60,338 nucleotides of DNA from the NCBI GenBank assembly GCA_000708835.1, contig DF237150.1, positions 1 to 60,338 on the forward strand, read 5' to 3'. This DNA comes from Klebsormidium nitens. Lineage: Eukaryota > Plantae > Klebsormidiophyceae. Both the position numbers and the translations under genes were made by a program. The notes under the pieces are model-generated. The model searched no databases, was not told where the DNA came from, and saw only the letters and a list, made by a program, of their open reading frames with translations. Below, piece by piece: positions 1 through 8,899 of the stretch; positions within the stretch are counted from its first letter, which is position 1; each line of letters opens with the position of its first letter.

Positions 1-1005
1 TTGGAGTTGTGGAAGGTCGCGCCAACTGGCAACTGGGGGCAGCGGCGACTTCAACGCAGACGACCTTACCGCCTGTCTGCTAACAGTGCTATGCTGTCGC
101 AATTTGCAAAGCAAGGTCCAAGGATACGAGCTGCGTCATGCTGTCACGCAAGAGGTGGTTCCTTGGCGGCTCGTGTCATCGAATTTGAAGCAAAGCGAAT
201 GGTGAGCTTGATTAGTGAATTCAACAGGGCAGGGTCTGACATTTGCTCCTCGTTGCTCTTTCCAATCATCAAAACTCAGATCACAATGTCCTTGTCCACG
301 CCTTTTTGCCCAGCGCCAGCAATTTTGGCGGGAAGCGGGCTGAGGGCTGTTTCAAGCAGGAGCAACTCTAAGGTGAGCAAATGGGGATGTCCTTTTATTC
401 AAAGCCAGCCGTCCGTGCTATGCGCAGTATCAGAGAAGCTTCTCTGATACTTGTGGTCGGCTAAGCATTAGGGGCGTGCTGCCCGAGCAAGAAGCTGGCA
501 GAGGGAAGCTCTGCTAGAATTCTCTGCAATCGTCAGTGATGCTGAGGTCGAAGCGGTTATTCCTTTCTTTCTGCTACATGAGGATGTCTGTCTTCAGACA
601 CTTAGGGTGCCAAGGCAGGTGGGGAAAGTGCCAACAGGGCGTTGAAAAGTTTTGAACTTCAGGGGTGTGCCTTTTCTGAGGCAATTGATCATCATGTCTC
701 AACGACTTCCTCAATTCTGCAGGAAAGAACATGCTCGCTGCTGCGTACTCGCTGCGTCCACCAGCAGGAGCGATCTTCAAAACCAGCCATCCAGGTCAGC
801 CAGAATCAGCTCGCTTATTTCCATTAGCAGACCATTTATGGAGTGTTGATATCGGTCTCCAGACATGTTCTTTGGATGCCAGATTATTGACAAGCCGCAG
901 ATCTTGTATTTCTCCTTAGGATAGCTCCTGACACGAAGGTTTGCTGAGCAGTGGTCTGAGTTGCTCCTGGGACATGGTTTCACTTCTCTTGTGCTATATG
1001 TGCAG

Positions 1006-1828
1006 CGGAATCACAATGCTTCCTCAGCACCCCAAGACTTAACCGCTGCTGAGCAAAAACGCGACCCAATACTGTCTATGGCGGCAAAGCTGAAGGCTGC
1101 GCCCGTGAGCAAACCCGTTGTGCGGAGCAGAGAAGATCTGGAGGTAAAGCTGAGATGTCTCCAACTTTTTGTTTGGTCTACGGCGTTTGCATGCCAATCT
1201 GGACTGCTGCTCTTCTGTTGTTGCGGACAAACTACTGCTTTTGCTCTTCAAGTGCCGTATGACTCTCTAAGAAGACGCTTGTTCTTGGACTTTATGGCGC
1301 TCGCCAAGGGGTGTTGCTGTTGACTTCACTTCCAAAGTGCACATCCTTCCGCAGCCGATAGTCACCGCTTGGAACCCTCTGCTTGCCGAAGGGTTGATTG
1401 TGTCTTCCTTGAGGGGGAGAAGAGGTTGCAGGAACTTGAGCAACTCTCTACCGTACTGAGCTAGCTTGGTTGCTCTTCTTGCAACACTTTCTGGTTGACA
1501 GAACCCTGATGAAAGCATCGTGCAAAGTTGATTTTACTGCTGGTCGTCTGTCCTAAGGGAGTTGATTGGGACTCGCTCAGGGGAAAAACCATAGAATTGC
1601 TGGTCTAATGTCTAATCAAGATTGGGTTTTTGGAAAGATTGGGTTGAGGGAAATGCAAAGTTGCTCTGGGGATTCTTCCTGGAGTTCTATGCAGAGAAGA
1701 AGCTGAGACTGTCTCGGCAACTGCTGCGAGCAAGCTTGCGCAGTTTGTACAGGAAACTGTTGTTGGACTTTTTGTTCCACAGCCTGGGTTGCCAGTGCTC
1801 AGGAAGGTTGTTTCACATCCCCGTTTTG
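1006..1828 (+). CDS. Possible exons of an unidentified spliced gene upstream of (or joined to) the PIN frame
   Basis: TGCAG|1006..1143|GTAAAG is a clean 46-codon exon-like block (RNHNASSAPQDLTAAEQKRDPILSMAAKLKAAPVSKPVVRSREDLE). A second stop-free block ~1650-1828 (..VALGILPGVLCREEAETVSATAASKLAQFVQETVVGLFVPQPGLPVLRKVVSHPRF) ends in G|GTAAG. I could not chain a complete model, and no family was recognised. Confidence 0.25.
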
Positions 1829-1989
1829 GTAAGGGCAATTGGCTTTGCAATTTGCGCCTCAAGGTCAGCACTTTATCGCCCTGTAACCCACTGTTGGACC
1901 AGCAAAGCGGTCTGGTCATATAAGCGCTTTGTCTGTTTGCGACTGCAGAGCATTCTCAGCCAGGCAATCGAGCCAATATCCGAGGAGCT

Positions 1990-2565
1990 TTGGGCGGTAA
2001 TGATCGAAGAAGGACTCGCGGAAGAGGAGCAAGCGCAGGCGCGGGCGCAGGTAGAGGAGTGGAAACGACGAAACTTAATGTAGCGCTGGGAGGTGATGTC
2101 ACAGTAATAGTCGATGCAAACATCATGGTGTCTCATGCATTAAGTGGGGCGTACAAAAAGGTATTTGAAGGGCACAAGACAGGGCAGTTTGAAGTGGTAA
2201 CGGTGTACCCGGCGCTCGTAGAAGCGGTGAAGAACATCGGTCGCTTAGCGGGGCCAGAAAAGGCTGCAAAGGTTTACGGGAAGTTTTGGGGGGATGATTC
2301 AAAGGGCGACCCGCAGCCGATCTACACGTATGAGTACCAGCCGGAGTACGAAGAAGAGGCCCTTAGACTCCTAGATGGGGCATGTAGGTCTGACTACAGG
2401 GTGGTGGCAGCGGTTTGTGGCCTGAAACTGCCGACAAGCGGGCAGAAGATGTTCATCACTGCCGACAAGCGGCTAGTAAGGGCGCTGAATAAACACGCCA
2501 AGCAGCTCCACGCTCGTTTGAACTTGACGATTCTGGACCCCAAGGACTTTGTAAAACTGCTGTAA
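1990..2565 (+). CDS. PIN-domain (VapC-like) ribonuclease; 5' end uncertain
   Basis: Open frame with the PIN acidic quartet in canonical order and context: VTVIVDAN (D, beta1), PALVEAV (E), RSDYRVVAA (D), FITADKRL (D), ending TILDPKDF..LL*. The first in-frame ATG lies after the first catalytic Asp, so the start must be GTG 2059, a splice acceptor (TTAATGTAG|2084) or a frameshift. Confidence 0.75.
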   Translation: MGGNDRRRTRGRGASAGAGAGRGVETTKLNVALGGDVTVIVDANIMVSHALSGAYKKVFEGHKTGQFEVVTVYPALVEAVKNIGRLAGPEKAAKVYGKFWGDDSKGDPQPIYTYEYQPEYEEEALRLLDGACRSDYRVVAAVCGLKLPTSGQKMFITADKRLVRALNKHAKQLHARLNLTILDPKDFVKLL

Positions 2566-3698
2566 TATTTGTCTTGCATGTTATGTTGAGATACTTGGAC
2601 GTCCACAGAAAAATGCTTTTTGTGTCATGGGTGGTGCATGTTGGCGCATGTTGCTTGATGCCATAATCCAGATGATACAATATACTTGTTGCATGAGTCG
2701 TGGGCCAGGTATATCGTGCTCCAGTCAAGGTTGTCGGTTTGCGTATGTATGTAGTCGGGTGATCTCTTGCGGATGCATGAAAGGGCCCGGGCCGGTCAAT
2801 CAGAGACGACAGGACATCATGGCATATATTCAAATGCAATAGAGATCCAATCGAGGTGCAGGTTGCAGGCTCATGCATGAAAGTGCATTGTACTATACTG
2901 AGTCCATTGCGTGACCAAGGAAAATTACAGGAATACGTAATTGGATCCAAGCAATTACAAACCAAACTTTTCTCTAGAGTCGATATCGAACTGGCCCGAC
3001 GAATGCACGCATGCAAGCATGCATGGTATATATGCACTGCAGCTATGCGCACGGAACTATCCGAAACTCGACTGACGTTGGCTGCGCATGCATGAAGGGA
3101 GTACGATAAGATTGATTGATCTATAGTATGATTTGCGCGTGCATGCGCTCATCATTGTTGTAATGCATCGGAATGCAATGCGTGCTTCTTCATAAGAAAG
3201 AGGACTCTAGCTCGCCATCATGGGCATAAACTGGCACAGACTCGGATGCAACATGTCACGCGTACTATGTACAATTCCTGTAGCAGCTTTGCCATATACA
3301 TACCAGATGCTGCCAGCTAGAGGGCTCCCGGTCCACATTATATATGCAGGGGACGTACGGGCTGGACGAAGACAATAGACTTGATCAGCGATGGGAAGCA
3401 TGGTCAAATATGATGATGCAAGTTAAATCTCCAATCAAAGCAAATGCGCAGTTCGTCTCAGATGGCGCCAGCTTCACTTCTAGAATTGGCAGACTACGCA
3501 GAGAACCCCGCGCTCTTTAGCACTGAGACTCAATTTGATACTCGAGTCCAATAGGAAAGGATTCTGCCCGCGAGCTGATGTACACCGTTCTTCTCATCTT
3601 CTTCTTCGACATTGACCTCCGCGCGTTTCCTACATTCGACGTGCTCTTTCAGCTTGAAGACAAGACTCCGTCTGGCCCTTGACCATCAACGTCAAACA

Positions 3699-4260
3699 AA
3701 GAATCGCCTGACACTGGGTACGCTGCGTGAGTGGGGCGACGGCCATACCAGGCAAGATGGAGCGTACCCACTGCCGGGCATTTGTCTTCAAGAAAGAATC
3801 GCCTGACACTGGGTACGCTGCGTGAGTGGGACGACGGCCATACCAGGCAAGATGGAGCGTACCCACTGCCGGGCATTTGTCTTTATGAAAGAATCGCCTG
3901 ACACTGGGTACACAACCATATTCTGCAACGTTCGCTTAAAGTTGATCGAGCGCACCCACTGCCAGGCATTCGTGTCTAAGAATCAACTTGCTAGGACTAG
4001 GATACGCTGCGCGAGTGGGGGGACGGCCAACCCAGGCAAGATGGAGCGTACCCACGGCCAGGCATTTGTCTCTAAGAAAGAACTCTCTGACACTGGGTAC
4101 AACGTTGCTTACAAGTAATCGAACGTACCCACTGCCCGGCGTTTGAATCTTTGAAGAACTGCCGGCCGATGGGTACCCTGTACCAGACGAGCATGGCCCG
4201 CAAATGCTGCTTAAACCTAGTTGGCTGTACCCACTGCAAGACATCAAATCTTAAGAACGA
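3699..4260. repeat. Array of ~53-bp hairpin scaffolds (GTACCCA...TGGGTAC) separated by 24-50 bp spacers
   Basis: Scaffolds at 3764-3816, 3859-3911, 3952-4005, 4048-4100 and 4125-4176, plus partial copies ending at 3721 and starting at 4227. Consensus is approximately GTACCCACTGCCGGGCATTTGTCTYYAAGAAAGAATCGCCTGACACTGGGTAC. The period is 95 bp in the first units. Confidence 0.9.
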
Positions 4261-4469
4261 AAAGGGCCAGCACTTGGAACATGTGCGGGAGGGACGCTCG
4301 CAATATGAACTCTTGAGGCCCTCGTATTAACTCGAAAGCTGCTCATGGCACTCGACACTGACCTGCTCGCTGTCCCGCTCGCCGCTGCCGCCTAACACAA
4401 GCGCCTGCTCCAGCTCTTGGGGTTGGGCTGGCGAGCGGGTTGATTCCTCTCCCCTAGAATCGCGGTTCT

Positions 4470-5030
4470 GTGCATGAGAAAAAGAGGATCAACTCGCAAC
4501 TCATAGAAAGGTGCAAGTTGTGCAGTGCACGCGAGTGCCAAATCAATCACAAATTGCACAGGCTTGAGGGATCGTGCATGCGAAATAACATTGCTTCAAG
4601 GAAAGGCCATACCCACGAGCAATTACCTTCTTCCACTCTTGAAAGAAGTGCTCAGTGTCAGGAGGTTTTGGCCGGGCACTCTCCTGAACCTCCTGCATGA
4701 CACGGAGTGCTTGATTAGTCGTCATTCGTGAATCACCCAATCACTACGTGGACGCTCAGCAGATGCCGGTGAGAAGGGGCATGGTGATTCTGACAAATGG
4801 CACACGTAGCCTGGCGGTACTTCGTGGCAACCTGGGATGGAGGCATGAGGCGGAAGGTAACTTGGCCTGGCGAATAACTCACCTCCAAGGTCGGAAGCTG
4901 AATCAGGGGCCGCCCGCGTGAGCTGCTCGGGGTGCCGGAATCGTGTGTGGGCCACCCCGGGTTGCTCTCCACGCCCCCGATCATCAGTTGTGTCGCTGCG
5001 TCGCACCAAACGAATCCCTCAATCAATCGT
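4470..5030 (-). pseudogene. Decayed retroelement-like ORF: 2A-like motif followed by PHD-like Cys/His fingers
   Basis: Minus strand reads FVWCDAATQLMIGGVESNPGWP (~4950-5010), then ..TCAICQNHH.. and, after a frameshift, CYFACTIPQACAICD*FGTRVHCTTCTFL*..LMH (C-x2-C...C-x2-C...H) with in-frame stops. Confidence 0.5.
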
Positions 5031-5374
5031 GCTCAGAATGGCATGCCCTTCAAGACAGACTCGCCTGATCAGAGTTTGATCATGCCCGAAATGACAAGCC
5101 TTCAAGTTGCATCCAAGCATTTGCTGCCCTATCTGCAAAACCAATCGAAGCCAACGACAGTGCTAGGAGATTTGCCACCCTACCTATCAGCGCCCTGCTC
5201 TTTGGTGCCGAAGAGTAGAAGACCTTGTCCGACCCGCACTCGTGGGCTGGAAATCCTGCGCGAGCAGGAGGTTGGCAGGTTAGAGTCGAGAAACCTGTCA
5301 AAGTTTCAGCGGGCCTGCGAACTTATGGAATCTGACAAAGTCTGCGCTCGCAACCGGGCAAAGGTTCACACCGT

Positions 5375-5660
5375 TCCGAAGGGCCCGGCCATACCCTGCA
5401 GGATGTACCAAAAGCGTACCAGCAAACGCCCAGTTGTTTCTTAAGATGTAACACAGACTTTCCTGGTACACATCCGCTCAACCTGCAAAGCTTCATGTGC
5501 ACCGTGTTGGAGGGTCCCCGGCAATGCCCTGCAACCTGAAGCCGTACCAGAAAACGCCCAGTTGATTTAGGAAGTATTACACAGTTTCTTGGTACAAATC
5601 CCCGCGCTCTGCAAGACCTCACACAGTGTTCAAGGGGCCCCGGCCATACCTTCCAAATAT
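5375..5660. repeat. ~128-bp diverged tandem repeat (2+ copies) containing GTACC...GGTAC scaffolds
   Basis: ACGCCCAGTTG at 5426 and 5554; GGCCC(C)GGC(C/A)AT(A/G)CC near 5380, 5510 and 5635; scaffolds 5416-5469 and 5544-5595, with a further dispersed copy at 6171-6225. Confidence 0.75.
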
Positions 5661-6234
5661 ATGACCCGGCTTCTGATGCCTTTTCCCCAAAAGAAGACGT
5701 GCTACTTCCCCAGCACTGCCAGATTCCAACACGAAATGAGATACATGGGTATGTCGCTGGCGAGACGGCTTGTCGCTCACCTTGGAATGCGCTCCTCGCC
5801 AGCACGCTCACCCTGGCAGCGGGCTGAACTCCAAACCTCGCGGGAGAGCTCCCGCTTGAAAGGGCGCACAGGCCCTCTGCGCGACGGGGGACGAAAGGCT
5901 GCCCGGGCTGCGCATCGTCACTGGCGGCGTGCGGAGGGCGGGCTGCGCCAGGACCGCAATCCGACCCGGGGGCGCTGGCGATCGCACGGAGGCCGGTTGT
6001 GGGGCTGTGGTGGGCGCCGCGGTCAGCGTACGCGGACTCTGAAAAGAAGGCGCTCAATGTGTCAGGAGTGCTGCGCTGGGAACGTCGCAATCGACCCACC
6101 AGGTACCCTCGAATTCGTGAGACGGGTCAAGGGCATGCACCCTGCCCCGGCCTTACCTGACAAGATCTGTGTACCAAAAAACACCCATTAACATTCTTAA
6201 GAAGTGATAGGTTGTTTCCTGGTACATATCCGTG

Positions 6235-6486
6235 ATGAGAAGTAGACCTGACGCACCACAAAGACGCTCTTCCTTGATACTCTGCTTTTGGGGCGCGGAA
6301 TCAAACCCCCTCCAGATGTTGCAAACCACAAAAACCACCTTCCAATTGCAGGCGAACCAGTCTGTCAGCTGGAGCTCGGCAGAGTGTCGACTCCAGTGGT
6401 CGTCTGACAATTCTGACAGGTCCGGGTGCTCACCAACTGTCGCCGTCCATGACCGAGGAGCGGCAGATGGCCCAGGCCCCTTCTGA
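6235..6486 (+). pseudogene. Short ORF starting with a degenerate 2A-like motif
   Basis: ATG 6235: MRSRPDAPQRRSSLILCFWGAESNPLQ, resembling (C)DAxxxxLLLxGD(V/I)ExNPGP. It begins 10 nt after a GTACC...GGTAC scaffold. Confidence 0.3.
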
Positions 6487-8541
6487 TGCTTCTCGGGCTC
6501 AGGGGAGGCAGGGTTCACCATCCTTCGCGCCATCTCGCGCCCCTGAAGCCCAGAATCTGCCCCAGAAATCTCGTCGAAATCTTGAACAGACGGCCGGGCC
6601 ATACTAGGAGATGTAATCCCATTCAAAGAATCGATTCTCCTCGTCTGACTGGCTTCGATTGACGCCACTCACTACATTTGTGGCCTCTTCAGGCAGAGAT
6701 GTATGTCATCACCGCCGCCTGCTAAATCTTCTCAGGATGGCAGAACATTCAAAGCTGAGACGACGGTAACAGCGGGTGGCTCGAGGAACCTCTGGGCGCC
6801 CATTGAAGGCGCGATTGTGCCGCGGACGTAGATTGCGCGAAGCGAAATCGCTCCGTCGAAGCTGAATAAATGTTGATGATCGCGGTGTACTTGAACAGCC
6901 AGCACAGAAATGGAAGCACCGAACGGGTCGCTCCAGAAGCGGCTCGCCATCCTGACCCCGTTTGATTTCTTGAATGCTGCGAGAGATGGGCGCTTTTGAC
7001 TCAAATCAAAAAGCGCGTGACGCTGACGTTGTCTGATCAACAAGGCACCGCACCTGTTGAACCTAACCCATAGCCGACGGTTTGCCTGTCCTGGGCGCAA
7101 AGAGGCAACAGAGACAACGACGTTACAGAGAAACCTTGAAAGCGCTTCTTTGGCGTGGGATATTGTGACCTGCGACGGAATCGATCTCAGCGAAGAATAA
7201 CAAGGAGGTGGAATTGATTGACGGCTTCTAATCACATTCTCGTGCAAACATCTCCTGGTTCTATTGGTGGGCCAATTCGAGAATTTTAACACAGCCGCCG
7301 CCATCCAGATTCAGAATACGAGGTCAAGCTTTGAACATGGCCTTTTTCTCTGAAGAAATACGACAAAGAAGGCTGCGAATGGACACCGATCGTCGACCAG
7401 CGACCGTTTGCTGTGCTATAGATTCTGCGTTCAATTGACCTATGCACCCCTTTTATGTGGACTAAAGCGCGCCTCTTATGAGTCTACAAACTCGCTCTAT
7501 TGTGCACGTCTGCTCCAACATATCTGGCCTTCACGAGACCAAAAGTTAGCAACCTGAGGGCATCATTGCCAGCGCTTCTGAAACAGAAGGGAGGCGTACT
7601 TGACGCCCAACTGAACCGCTTCCAGGTGCAATCGTACGGTCAGGCGGACCGCAGAACCGCAGAATAGCTGGGGGACGACCAAGAATCGCAGCGCTGCCGT
7701 CCAGATTTTGACGTCAAAAAATGAACGCGCGAGATTTTTCGTTTATCCTCAGTTAGGCCCGGTTTGTCCAAACCCGAGTATCGGAACCTGTCCTGCCAAA
7801 GCTTGCGACCCCCTAGCTAAACTTTGCAGACTGGAGTCCTTATGTTCAGATCGGACGGTAGCGCTGCGATTTCGTCCATCGCGAAGTTCTGCGGTCCGCC
7901 TGCAGTGCAGCGCGCAATGGGCGGTCGTTTGAGATGTCTTCGCTTGCCTGAAGGACTTCTTGAGTTCAGATGATCTCCAACTTTTATAGTGTTCTGGCTT
8001 CTTCTCTAATCATGAAGTCCGAAAAGATTGCAGTTTACGACAGACCCAAAAAGGCGGCTTCGGAGCGACTTCAAGGATATTGATTAGCCGGTGATTCTTC
8101 CTTAAGAAACAGCTCGAGATTATGCGCCGCGGTCCCTTAATTGACATTGGCTAGATTGGCTCTGAGCAATATTAATCCAGGCGTGTTGCTGAGATCTGAA
8201 AAGAGAAGGGATCCGAAGCCTTTAGTGACATAGCAAGAAAGCGAAGTCAGCGCCCCATTGCAGAACCGACAACTAAAAAGCATGGAAGTCTCTTTCCTAC
8301 TCAAGCTGTAGCCGGTATCTTTAAAGCAACTACTGCGCTGATGGCTCTGAATCACCTGGATGGGCGTGGCCTTTCAGTGCAACCACAAAGACGCTTCACC
8401 ACTGCCAGCGTCTGCACTTCGTCCGGAACGCGCACGCGGCGGCTTGCGGTTAAACGAGAGTAGTGCACTGGCATCGCGCCAACAGATGTCTACTATTGAC
8501 ATTATGCAAGACATACATATATGAAGTTCGAACGATCATTT

Positions 8542-8641
8542 ACTGGGTATTAGTAAATGGGTATTAGGAATTAGTTAAATGGGTATTAGGAATTAGTTAA
8601 ATGGGTATTAGGAATTAGGACTTGAGGAACTGGGTATTAGT
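8542..8641. repeat. 22-bp tandem repeat x3 (TAAATGGGTATTAGGAATTAGT)
   Basis: Copies start at 8554, 8576 and 8598, bracketed by ACTGGGTATTAGT at 8542-8554 and 8629-8641. Confidence 0.9.
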
Positions 8642-8899
8642 TGGAACGCTACTTTTTTCCCTACTAGTCATATCTGTAGTGGCATCCGTCATAGTGCACG
8701 CACGCGGCGGCTTGCGCACGCGTCCTCGGTTCACAAACTCACTCATCCAGAACACCAGAGCAAGCATTAAAACATACTGTGTCGTTTGTTGCATCACATA
8801 TTGTGCCGCGCCATACTGACGCTCGAGTATGTGCGACGACGTGTGACGCAACCGCCTTGTATGATGTGCAAAACTTGGTCTCGGCTTCGTTTACCCTCT

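Noticed and set aside
1-960. Complete gene model for the first kilobase
   Set aside because: Candidate GT/AG sites (201, 312-372, 471-618) gave phase conflicts or stops in every chaining I tried.
3699-4260. Calling the scaffold/spacer array a true CRISPR
   Set aside because: Spacers are related to each other (A, A, B, A', B'), the repeat is 53 bp and degenerate, no cas genes are visible and the context is eukaryotic. Kept only as an unexplained array.
5775-5830. HDV-like ribozyme (GCT-CCTCGCC-AGC resembles P3/L3), as found upstream of 2A in L1Tc
   Set aside because: I could not find a matching P1 strand for the following ACGCTCA or a P2/J4-2 arrangement. An RNArobo or Infernal search would be needed.
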